NCBI GenBank assembly: GCA_964645245.1
Contig: CAZYBS010000001.1
Span: 91,388-155,387 of the forward strand
Length of the DNA stretch: 64,000 nt
From: an uncultured Candidatus Saccharibacteria bacterium
GTDB taxonomy: Bacteria > Patescibacteriota > Minisyncoccia > Phycocordibacterales > UBA9973
Reading direction: 5' to 3'
Shown here: one piece after another, positions 19,235 to 27,563 of the stretch
Layout: each line of letters begins with the position of its first letter
Position numbering within the stretch: position 1 is the first letter of the stretch
Program-made: the position numbers and the translations under genes
The notes under the pieces: model-generated
What the model saw: only the letters and a program-made list of their open reading frames with translations
Databases searched by the model: none
What the model was told of the DNA's origin: nothing

Positions 19235-20932
19235 TTATTTCCTCACTCCATGCTTAACGTGCAGCTTTTCTATCTCCTCTTCTTCTAGTTCTTCCTTTTT
19301 CTCTTTTCCGCGTTCGCCCAGAGCTCGGAGCTCGGCATCACCAAGCATATTTAGAGATTTAGCCAGTTCGGAGAGGTGTTCCACGGTATTTTTCTCCGGC
19401 GCATCCAACACTTCTTCTAAGAGCGCGTGCAGAATCCAGCCCATTCTGGGTCCCGGCGCAATTTTCAATTCTTTCATCATAAATTCCCCGTTAATTTTCA
19501 GCTGACCGACAGAAATCGGGTCACGCAGCGCTTCTTCTATCATCGCAAAATATTTCCGCAGGCGATAGGGCGCTTCTTTTTTCTTCATGCCAACCCTATC
19601 ACACTCACGCACGCTCATTAGGAGCCAAATATTTTCTACACCTACTTTGGTAATAATTCTGCGCACCGCGGAAAGCGTTATTAATTCCGTATCGGAAAAA
19701 AACATATGATTGCGCACAAGCTTGGATACTAATTCAATTTCCTTTCTGGGAAATTTTAATCTTTCCATTATTTTTTTCGCCATTCGCGCGCCGATAACTT
19801 CATGGCCGTAAAAAGTATATTTCTTTTTAGTAGCTCCGCCAGTAAACAATTTATCAGGTCCTCGGAAAAAATCCCCAGACCGTGCTAAATTGTTCACCGG
19901 CTTCGCTACTTGGGCGGAGTTTGGGTGCTTTTGTGAAGGACCGACGTTGCGAAGCAGGAGATCCTGAGCAGAAGCACCAGACGATGCCAGTCTTCGTGTT
20001 CTGGGCTTCCCAATATCGTGCATCAGCGCGGCCAGTCTGATTTCAAGCGGCCAATTTTTATCTGCGGCATGCTGTACTGCGTGAAGTAAATGGTCCCAGA
20101 CATCATAAATATGTTCACCCAACTGCTTGCAACCTATCCCCTCCTCCAGTTCCGGAATAATATTTTTCAACAGTCCAAATTTTTGTAGCATTACAATTCC
20201 CATGGCAGGATTTGGCGACATAATTATTTTTACCAATTCATCACGAATCCTTTCGGCGGATATTTCTTCTATTAAGCTTGAATTCTTTAAAATATTCTCC
20301 GAAGTTTCATATGACACAGAAAAATTAAGTTGGCAAGCGAAGCGTACAGCCCGTATCATTCTCAAAGCATCTTCTTCAAAACGATCATTCGGAACCCCTA
20401 CCGCTCTTAAAGTTTTATTTTCAATGTCCTTTAGACCTCCATATAAATCTACCAAGTGTCCGTTAGGATGTCCTTTATGAATGCTGAATGCCATGGCATT
20501 TACAGTGAAATCACGTCTTTTAAGGTCATCTTCTAACTTATCACTGAATTTAACCTCATCCGGATGCCTAAAATCACCATATTTTGCTTCAATCCTGTAA
20601 GGAGTGACCTCAACAACAAAATTGGGTTCTAGGTTAGAGGTTCTAGGTTCTAGTGTTTCTTGTGAAACATTATTCTGTGACATTTCACGTGGAACTATGA
20701 CCCCTACAGTACCAAAAGCATTCTCGTAGACCGTCTTTTCGAAAAGACTAATAATTTGTTCTGGTTTAGCATTTGTTGTAACATCCCAATCTTTGGGTTC
20801 TATCCCCATCAAAAGATCACGAACACAGCCGCCAACTAGATAGGCTTCAAAACCGGCTTTCTCGAGTATATCCGTTACATGTGAAACCTCTTTGGGTATT
20901 TTTGGTATTAAATTTTTAGTATTTGGTTCCAC
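19235..20932 (-). CDS. cca: CCA tRNA nucleotidyltransferase with HD domain
   Basis: YLVGGCVRD, DWDVTT, RRDFTVNAMA, EDALRMIRA, HDIGK; carries in-frame inserts. Confidence 0.95.
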   Translation of the reverse strand: MEPNTKNLIPKIPKEVSHVTDILEKAGFEAYLVGGCVRDLLMGIEPKDWDVTTNAKPEQIISLFEKTVYENAFGTVGVIVPREMSQNNVSQETLEPRTSNLEPNFVVEVTPYRIEAKYGDFRHPDEVKFSDKLEDDLKRRDFTVNAMAFSIHKGHPNGHLVDLYGGLKDIENKTLRAVGVPNDRFEEDALRMIRAVRFACQLNFSVSYETSENILKNSSLIEEISAERIRDELVKIIMSPNPAMGIVMLQKFGLLKNIIPELEEGIGCKQLGEHIYDVWDHLLHAVQHAADKNWPLEIRLAALMHDIGKPRTRRLASSGASAQDLLLRNVGPSQKHPNSAQVAKPVNNLARSGDFFRGPDKLFTGGATKKKYTFYGHEVIGARMAKKIMERLKFPRKEIELVSKLVRNHMFFSDTELITLSAVRRIITKVGVENIWLLMSVRECDRVGMKKKEAPYRLRKYFAMIEEALRDPISVGQLKINGEFMMKELKIAPGPRMGWILHALLEEVLDAPEKNTVEHLSELAKSLNMLGDAELRALGERGKEKKEELEEEEIEKLHVKHGVRK

Positions 20933-20934
20933 TT

Positions 20935-21447
20935 TTATTTTGTGCGCCCGGCAGGAATCGAACCCACATCACTCGTTCCGAAGACGAGCACTCTATCCGT
21001 TGAGCTACGGGCGCTTTTATTTTTAAACCAATTAAATACTTGTGCTGTTTTTCTTCTATGACAATTAGCACATCGAACTTCACACTTGTCAATTTCCTTC
21101 TGAATTTTATCAATAGGAAAGTGTGCCCTAGCTAATTGAGAAACTGCCTTCAATTTTGGAACTATTCCCTTATGATCAAATTCCAAAACTGTAACATCTG
21201 ATTCACCACAGTCAACACAAGGGTTTTTTAATAAATGCTGACACAAAAACACATTTACCTTGTCACGTAAGGTTTTATTACGTTTTCTGGCTTTCAATAA
21301 ATAATATTGACGATTACTATTATAATGGTTTCTAATTAATAAGCGAGTACACTCTTTGCATTGTCGATGTCTTAACCCTGTAGCTTTTATTTTAAAGCTA
21401 AATTCACTGAGCGATTTTTCCTTTTTACACTTAGAACATTTTTTCAT
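20935..21447 (-). CDS. HNH-type endonuclease with N-terminal Zn finger; ORF reads through tRNA-Arg
   Basis: CSKC...CKEC; PCVDCG, LEFDH, CEVRCANCHRRKT. Confidence 0.8.
   Translation of the reverse strand: MKKCSKCKKEKSLSEFSFKIKATGLRHRQCKECTRLLIRNHYNSNRQYYLLKARKRNKTLRDKVNVFLCQHLLKNPCVDCGESDVTVLEFDHKGIVPKLKAVSQLARAHFPIDKIQKEIDKCEVRCANCHRRKTAQVFNWFKNKSARSSTDRVLVFGTSDVGSIPAGRTK
20943..21014 (-). tRNA. tRNA-Arg(TCG)
   Basis: GCGCCCG/CGGGCGC acceptor, CTCGT-CT-TCG-GA-ACGAG arm, GGTTCGATTCC; no CCA. Confidence 0.93.
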
Positions 21448-21547
21448 TACGGATACATTTTATCACATATAGTTTCGGAAAACAAGAAAATTCCGAAGAT
21501 GTTTATTGCATAAATAATGTGGAAATAATATAATAGGTCAGCTTATC

Positions 21548-21618
21548 GCGGTCATAGTTTAGTGGCAGAACACGATCTTGCCAAGATTGAGGCGCGGTTT
21601 CGATTACCGCTGGCCGCA
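21548..21618 (+). tRNA. tRNA-Gly(GCC)
   Basis: GCGGTCA/TGGCCGC acceptor, CT-TGCCAA loop, TTCGA T-loop; no CCA. Confidence 0.92.
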
Positions 21619-21855
21619 CAAAAGTAATGTCCATTATCAAAAATGCTAATCCCTATAAATTAAGGATATTATAGCTAAAAATGTGGATAACTATGTTGGT
21701 AATGTTTATAAAGGACATTAAGATAACTTGTCTTTTACAACTTTTTTATATAAAATATGTTGATAAATAAGGATATATTAATAAAAGACATAAAATTAAG
21801 TATAAAGTTTCACATGAAACATATTTGATTATGTTATTCGTGAAACACACCAAAT

Positions 21856-22266
21856 ATGCCTAAAGTATTTACATCAGAGAAACAAAAAATAGGAGAAATT
21901 GGTGAAAATATAGCCGTAAAGTTTCTCGTGAAACAGGGCTTTTCAATATTAGATCGAAATTATACTAAAAAATGGGGTGAAATAGACATTATAGCTGAAA
22001 AAGATAATAAATTATATTTCATTGAAGTTAAGTCTGTATCAAGGTTGAACCTTGACGACGTTTCACAAGAAACGTTGGACCAATACAATCCGGAAGATAA
22101 TATGCACCCCTGGAAATTAAAAAGGCTCTCAAGGACAATTCAAACTTATCTCTTATCTAGGAATGTCCCTGAAGAAAAAGAATGGCAATTTGACCTTTTG
22201 ATTGTCTTTTTGAGTCTAAAGGACAAAAATGCCAAAATCAAAGTAGTCAAGGATATAATTTTGTGA
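21856..22266 (+). CDS. YraN-family (UPF0102) nuclease
   Basis: GEIGENIA, ILDRNY, GEIDIIA, FIEVKS. Confidence 0.92.
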   Translation: MPKVFTSEKQKIGEIGENIAVKFLVKQGFSILDRNYTKKWGEIDIIAEKDNKLYFIEVKSVSRLNLDDVSQETLDQYNPEDNMHPWKLKRLSRTIQTYLLSRNVPEEKEWQFDLLIVFLSLKDKNAKIKVVKDIIL

Positions 22267-22312
22267 CCCATTCGACAGGCTCAGGGTCATGGTGAATAAA
22301 ATTGAACCATGA
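22265..22312. repeat. REP-like doublet TGACCC...GGGTCA-TGGT...ACCATGA
   Basis: Second copy at about 32135-32183 between pcrA and rsmA. Confidence 0.7.
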
Positions 22313-22332
22313 TATACTCCAAAATATTTTGA

Positions 22333-22403
22333 CGGGCCGTAGTATACCGGTAGTACAAGTGCTTTGGGAGCATTTAGACTGGGTTCAATTCCCAGCGGCC
22401 CGA
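22333..22403 (+). tRNA. tRNA-Pro(TGG)
   Basis: CGGGCCG/CGGCCCG acceptor, TTTGGGA loop, GGTTCAATTCC. Confidence 0.92.
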
Positions 22404-22417
22404 ACGTTATTTGATTT

Positions 22418-22488
22418 GCGGGATTAGTTTAGTGGTAAAACGTCAGTTTTCCAAACTGAGGTTGGGAGTTCGATTCTCCCATCCCGCA
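22418..22488 (+). tRNA. tRNA-Gly(TCC)
   Basis: GCGGGAT/ATCCCGC acceptor, TTTCCAA loop, GTTCGATTC. Confidence 0.93.
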
Positions 22489-22544
22489 CAAATTTTTATT
22501 TGACTAAAATCTTCAGAGTTGTAGTATTTAACTGGAGGCACACC

Positions 22545-22664
22545 ATGTCACAGCAATTGACCGATGAGGAACAGATGGCGCGATCGGGTCCCATTGTGGG
22601 ACTTGTGATCCTCGTCGGTATCGGGCTGCTTCTCTGGGGCGCTTGGGTCGCATGGACCCGCTGA
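22545..22664 (+). CDS. 39-aa single-TM microprotein (not in ORF track)
   Basis: GGAGG SD; MSQQLTDEEQMARSGPIVGLVILVGIGLLLWGAWVAWTR; hairpin GAGGGCGGG...CCCGCCCTC downstream. Confidence 0.65.
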   Translation: MSQQLTDEEQMARSGPIVGLVILVGIGLLLWGAWVAWTR

Positions 22665-22750
22665 TGTGGCGAAGAAAGAACGAGGGCGGGAAGTCGAAAA
22701 ATATCTCGACACACCCCGCCCTCAAGCTTTTTAAAATCAAAAAATAATTT

Positions 22751-23500
22751 ATGATCACAACATACATTTATGCTCTCATAAGCGTCATAATAGTTAGCTT
22801 AGTGTCATTGGTTGGAGTTTTTGCGCTTTCTTTAAAAGAAGAAATTTTAAGAAAATATATTTTCATTTTTATCAGTTTAGCTGTTGGCGCGCTTTTGGGA
22901 GACGCTTTCATTCATCTCATTCCCAAGGCTTTAGAAAATTCCCCGAACATTAGCCTAACTAGCACGCTTATTATCACTGGCATTCTGATTTTTTTTATTT
23001 TGGAAAAATTTCTGCACTGGCACCATCACGGAGAGGATAAGGAAGAAACACATATTCATCCAGTCGGGAAATTAGTGCTCTTTTCGGATGGCGTGCACAA
23101 CTTTATTGACGGCATGATCATCGGAGCAAGTTTTATTCTAAGCATCCCGATAGGCATCGCCACGACTATAGCCGTAATCCTGCATGAAATCCCTCAAGAA
23201 ATAGGGGACTTTGCGGTGCTCCTGCATTCCGGTTATTCAAAAACGCGCGCATTATGGCTAAACTTTCTTTCGGCGCTCCTCGCAGTTTTGGGACTTTTTG
23301 TTCTTTCTATCTTAAATCAAACAGAACGAGTTGTAACTCTATATTTTCTGCCAATCGCCGCTGGAGGATTTATTTATATTGCATTGGCTGACTTAATACC
23401 TGAACTGCATAAGACAAAGGAAATAAAATATTCCGTCTTGCAACTCCTGGCAGTCATAATTGGAGTCTTGGCAATGTTTGCTTTGACTTTACTTGAATAA
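22751..23500 (+). CDS. ZIP-family metal transporter
   Basis: HWHHH loop, DGVHNFIDG, LHEIPQEIGD. Confidence 0.93.
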   Translation: MITTYIYALISVIIVSLVSLVGVFALSLKEEILRKYIFIFISLAVGALLGDAFIHLIPKALENSPNISLTSTLIITGILIFFILEKFLHWHHHGEDKEETHIHPVGKLVLFSDGVHNFIDGMIIGASFILSIPIGIATTIAVILHEIPQEIGDFAVLLHSGYSKTRALWLNFLSALLAVLGLFVLSILNQTERVVTLYFLPIAAGGFIYIALADLIPELHKTKEIKYSVLQLLAVIIGVLAMFALTLLE

Positions 23501-23560
23501 TCAGGTTCTGGTTTCCAGTTTCGAGGTTCTAGTCACTGGCACCTAGTTACTAGCAACTGA

Positions 23561-24709
23561 TTAGTTGGCCCAAGACCAGCTAGCACCTGGATTTCTGGCA
23601 TTGAAAACTTCAAAGTGAAGATGCGGGCCGGTGGAGCGCCCCGTAGAACCGACATAACCAATTACCTCGCCTCGAGATACTTCCGCGCCGGTGCGTGTGC
23701 CAAGTTTGGACATATGCGCATAAAGAGTTTTTGTGCCATTAGGATGTTGGATGATGGCTATATTCCCATAACCTCCGCTCCAACCAGCCTTGGCGATAAG
23801 CACCGTACCGGGTGCTGATGCGTAAATTAAAGTACCTTTGGGCGCACCGATATCTATCCCTCGATGCCCTGGACCATGAAGGCCTTGAGTCTTGCGTCCG
23901 GTCGGCACCGGATTAATAAAATACCCAATAATATCTTGTATCGGATTATTTTCATAATATTTCTTGTCTCTGGCCAGAGCCGATGCTAAGTTCGGCGCGG
24001 GTTTATCGCCCCCTTCATCGGCCATTTCACCGCCCGGAACCATGAGTTTGTCACCAATTGCAAGTTTAGCGTCCGGTGTAAGGCCATTATAAAAAGCGAT
24101 GTCATTTATATCTACTTTATAAAGTTTGGCAATGCTCTTGATTGTTTGCCCCTTGGTAACAGTGTGTTCAAGGCCGGAAATAGGCAAAATGAAAAGCACG
24201 TCGCCCTCTATCAGCTTATCACTCTTTTTCATATCATTGGCTGCCAGAATAGTGTTTACCGAAACTCCGAACATATTAGCGATGGCGGATAGGGAATCTC
24301 CTTTTCTGACCACGTAAACACTTGTCTCTCCGGAAGAAGAGTCTAGGGTGTCTTTCCCGTCTGAAATTCCCATTGGACCGGTTGCCGGAAGCATAGCATT
24401 ATCAGAAATGATATTTATATTCGCATTTTCATTAATAATATCGTCTTTCTTATTGTCTTTTTTATCATTTTTAGCTTGAAAGACTGAAGCAGAGGAAACG
24501 TTAGCCTGAAGAAGCGACATGGTTTGTGAGTTTTGCTGTATGTTTTTATTGGACTGAATTTCTTCAGTGACTTCTGCATGGGCTTGGTCGCCTAAAATTG
24601 AGGAGAAAAATCCCGCTTTCGCTTGTAGGGGCATAGACAACAAAAAAACCGCCCCAAATAACAGGGAAAAGGCCGGAGCAGAACTGTATATTTTAGGTAA
24701 AGTTCTCAT
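23561..24709 (-). CDS. LysM + M23 peptidase
   Basis: Two LysM repeats; HRGID, YAHM, STGPHLHFEV. Confidence 0.93.
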   Translation of the reverse strand: MRTLPKIYSSAPAFSLLFGAVFLLSMPLQAKAGFFSSILGDQAHAEVTEEIQSNKNIQQNSQTMSLLQANVSSASVFQAKNDKKDNKKDDIINENANINIISDNAMLPATGPMGISDGKDTLDSSSGETSVYVVRKGDSLSAIANMFGVSVNTILAANDMKKSDKLIEGDVLFILPISGLEHTVTKGQTIKSIAKLYKVDINDIAFYNGLTPDAKLAIGDKLMVPGGEMADEGGDKPAPNLASALARDKKYYENNPIQDIIGYFINPVPTGRKTQGLHGPGHRGIDIGAPKGTLIYASAPGTVLIAKAGWSGGYGNIAIIQHPNGTKTLYAHMSKLGTRTGAEVSRGEVIGYVGSTGRSTGPHLHFEVFNARNPGASWSWAN

Positions 24710-24844
24710 GATATACCATCGCCTCTGATTTCAACCATTTTCTATCGCAACTGCTCTCAAAAGGTACTTCCATAGGGTAGCCTAAAACAGGCCAAAAGTC
24801 AATCGTGGTGGGGAAAACTATTTTGATGATATTTCGTCAAAAAT

Positions 24845-24873
24845 TTGACAAAACAAGTGAGAAAGCGTATAAT
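24845..24873 (+). promoter_or_regulatory. Consensus sigma70 promoter of the orphan operon
   Basis: TTGACA-17 nt-TATAAT. Confidence 0.75.
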
Positions 24874-24931
24874 TGGAGTACTTTTGAATAAAAATTAGTA
24901 TAAAAAGTTAAAGAATATATAATACAAATAT

Positions 24932-26275
24932 ATGTCGTTAGATGATTTAAGTAAATTAGTAACTCCAAAACCAGTAGTTGAGAATACTGCGGATAGAGCT
25001 GCAACCGCGGCAGGAAGTTTTGAGGAAAGGAAAGCGGATATTGAGAGAAGAAAAAAAGGGGAGATACTTAACTTACCAAAAGTAAAAAGATACATAGGAT
25101 TTCTTGCGCAGATGCTGGCGTCAGTAAAAAAAGAGGAGGAAAAAGATGAGATTATAAGGAATCTAAAGGAGATTAGCGATGCACCAGAGGGATTCTTTAA
25201 AAAATTAGTGGGCCTGGTAAAAGAGGAGGAAAAATCAGAAGCTCAAAAGATAGTCACTGAAATAGGGGTAATCAATGCAAAATATGATGCTGAATTGTCC
25301 CGAGAAGCGACCGTGGGGAAAATTGGCATTGGCAGTAGAATTTTACAAGAGGGGAAAACTTATGTAGTAAAAGAACTGCCTAGCGCAGACAATAATGGGG
25401 AGTATGTGGTGGAAGATGAAGAGGGGGGAATTTATAGATCCAAACAAGAAGACGTAAGAGAAGCATTTGAAAGCGGAAAAGCGGTTCTGTTGGGAATAGA
25501 CAAGGCAGAACCTCTAGGGCCCGCAGAAGAAGTGGATACAAAAACCAAACTAAAAGCAGCACTGGAAAGAGAAGAGGCAGAACTTAGGCGAGCTTCCGAA
25601 GAGGCGGAGAGATATATAATGATGCACATAGAAACCTTAAAAAGAGAAGGCGCGGGCATGATTGGCTCCATTGAATTGAATGTGAGAGCGCAAGATTTTT
25701 TCAAAGGTATTAGCCACGAATATCTATCTTCTCCGCTGGGACGAGAGCTTAAAGGCAAAATCTATGATTTAGAAAGGCAATACAGAGAAGCGCTCAAAGA
25801 ATCGGAGGAAAGGCCTGACGCTTCAATAACAGTGGAAGGCAAAGAAGTATCTATGTATAGAGCAATGATGGATTCCGCCCGCAAAGCTTTTAATGGCAGG
25901 GATGGCAACATAATTAATTTGCAAACCGGAGAATTTAGTCTTAAATTCACTGAAGATTGGCGCAAAAGATATACTGGCCCAAAGTTGGGTACATTTATAA
26001 GCAGAATTATAAAAAGAGCTGAGAAAGATTTCATAGCTGAAATCTTTGCTAGTAGAATTGAAACTCCAAAAATCCCTACGGCCAAGGCTGAAGAATGGAC
26101 AGAAGCCGACGAAAAAGCATTGGCGGAAATTGAGAGAAGGCTCGCGCAAATAGATGAGATTGAGAGAAAGAGGAAAGAAGAATTAGAAAAAATAGAAAGA
26201 GCACTCTATAGGGAAGTTATTTCTGGGCAAATCAACGCCAAATATGACGCAATGCTTGCAGAATTAGAAAAATAA
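24932..26275 (+). CDS. Orphan charged helical protein with two IER(R/K)...INAKYDA modules
   Basis: 447-aa ORF; repeated INAKYDA motif at 25271 and 26231. Confidence 0.8.
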   Translation: MSLDDLSKLVTPKPVVENTADRAATAAGSFEERKADIERRKKGEILNLPKVKRYIGFLAQMLASVKKEEEKDEIIRNLKEISDAPEGFFKKLVGLVKEEEKSEAQKIVTEIGVINAKYDAELSREATVGKIGIGSRILQEGKTYVVKELPSADNNGEYVVEDEEGGIYRSKQEDVREAFESGKAVLLGIDKAEPLGPAEEVDTKTKLKAALEREEAELRRASEEAERYIMMHIETLKREGAGMIGSIELNVRAQDFFKGISHEYLSSPLGRELKGKIYDLERQYREALKESEERPDASITVEGKEVSMYRAMMDSARKAFNGRDGNIINLQTGEFSLKFTEDWRKRYTGPKLGTFISRIIKRAEKDFIAEIFASRIETPKIPTAKAEEWTEADEKALAEIERRLAQIDEIERKRKEELEKIERALYREVISGQINAKYDAMLAELEK

Positions 26276-26280
26276 ATTTT

Positions 26281-27516
26281 ATGGACCAGCCACCTGAAAC
26301 AATAACAGAAAGATTAAAAAGGGAACGAGAAAAGCTCCTGGCAAAACGTGCTCGGGCTAAAAAGCCTACAACGGGAGAAAATGCCGCACCGGAAATAAAA
26401 ACCCCGGCGCAAAGAATCCTTTCCCAAGAAGAAATTGACGCGCTGTTGTTCTCGGCGATTAAGAAAACCCCGCTTGCGGCGGAAACACCGAAAGTAGTAA
26501 AAACAGTAGAGCCCATGAGACCTTTGGAAACCAGACCTCCGGCCGAGGTTATGCCCACAGGTGAAACTTCTGAAGCTGACGCAAGATACGAAGAGGCCAA
26601 GAGGCTTGTGGGGGCAGATCCAATATCGGTTTCTTTTCTGCAGCGGAACTTCAGAATAGGATTTAGCGAGGCAGCAAGATTGAAAGACAGGCTGGAAGAT
26701 GAAAGAGCGGGACATGTTCCCCCGCCAGTTGCCCCAGTAGAACCAGCGCCAACTTTCAAAATACCGCCAGAGTGGACAAAACCGACAATGCCTCCGGGTG
26801 AGGCAACGCCTCCGCTTGAATCAAATCCAGACTTGCGAGGAAGCTTTTATTTTATTGAAAACTCACAAAGGCGTCAGGCAGAAATACTGGAAGGACGAAA
26901 TCCATATGGGCTTGTGTTTAGAGGGTTAGAGGCTGATGTCAGGCGAGAGATAGAAGGCCTGTCTTCGGTGGTTTCCTTGCCAAAAGACAGAGAACTCTTG
27001 AATTTATTAAGGGGAAGTCAAGACAGGCTTTCCAGGGCAGCAGAATTAACGATACCGGCGGAAACACTCGCGCCTGCGCCTTCTAGGCCTCCGGTAGAAA
27101 GAATGGAAGACAAAAAAGCGCAAGCGATAGCCAGGCTGAGAGAGACAATAGGAAGAAACGAGGAAATAATAGCAAGTGCACATAGAGAGTTAAGAGAGAT
27201 TGAAGTAAGGCTCGATCGAAAACGTAAAAATGAGGTAGAAATAGAAATTGGAAAACTGGAAGAGAAACAAAAAAGGATTGGCAGATTCGTTGGAAAGGGA
27301 AAGGGTGAAGTCTGGTGGAAGAGGGGTTTAAATATAATAATATTGGAAGGGCTAGTTTTTGGAACCCTAGGAGGATATCTCGTTTATGTTGTGGTAAAAG
27401 ATAGGAGGATTACAAAAAGATTAAAAGAACTGGATCGGGAAGAAATTATTTTAAGGAAAAAAATTTTAGAGGCGGAAAGATTAGAAAGGGAAAGACTAAA
27501 TGAAGAAAATTATTAA
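26281..27516 (+). CDS. Orphan modular protein: FliM-like peptide, FtsK-gamma domain, coiled coil, TM
   Basis: ILSQEEIDALL; RYEEAKRLV...SVSFLQRNFRIGFSEAARLKDRLE; hydrophobic helix near the C-terminus. Confidence 0.8.
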   Translation: MDQPPETITERLKREREKLLAKRARAKKPTTGENAAPEIKTPAQRILSQEEIDALLFSAIKKTPLAAETPKVVKTVEPMRPLETRPPAEVMPTGETSEADARYEEAKRLVGADPISVSFLQRNFRIGFSEAARLKDRLEDERAGHVPPPVAPVEPAPTFKIPPEWTKPTMPPGEATPPLESNPDLRGSFYFIENSQRRQAEILEGRNPYGLVFRGLEADVRREIEGLSSVVSLPKDRELLNLLRGSQDRLSRAAELTIPAETLAPAPSRPPVERMEDKKAQAIARLRETIGRNEEIIASAHRELREIEVRLDRKRKNEVEIEIGKLEEKQKRIGRFVGKGKGEVWWKRGLNIIILEGLVFGTLGGYLVYVVVKDRRITKRLKELDREEIILRKKILEAERLERERLNEENY

Positions 27517-27563
27517 ATAACATACCCGCCGACGCTTAAAGCTAAGGCGAGCCAAGTAAAAAT

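Larger units (their letters stand above)
20303..22074. other. Cluster of 8 parS-like 16-mers
   Basis: Matches to TGTTTCACGTGAAACA starting at 20303, 20654, 20681, 20873, 21806, 21832, 21920, 22059. Confidence 0.8.

Noticed and set aside
21619-21855. Displaced oriC (AT-rich, DnaA-box-like words, gene-strand switch)
   Set aside because: The dnaA-dnaN gap has the canonical box pair plus trio-like run; GC skew would be needed to reconsider
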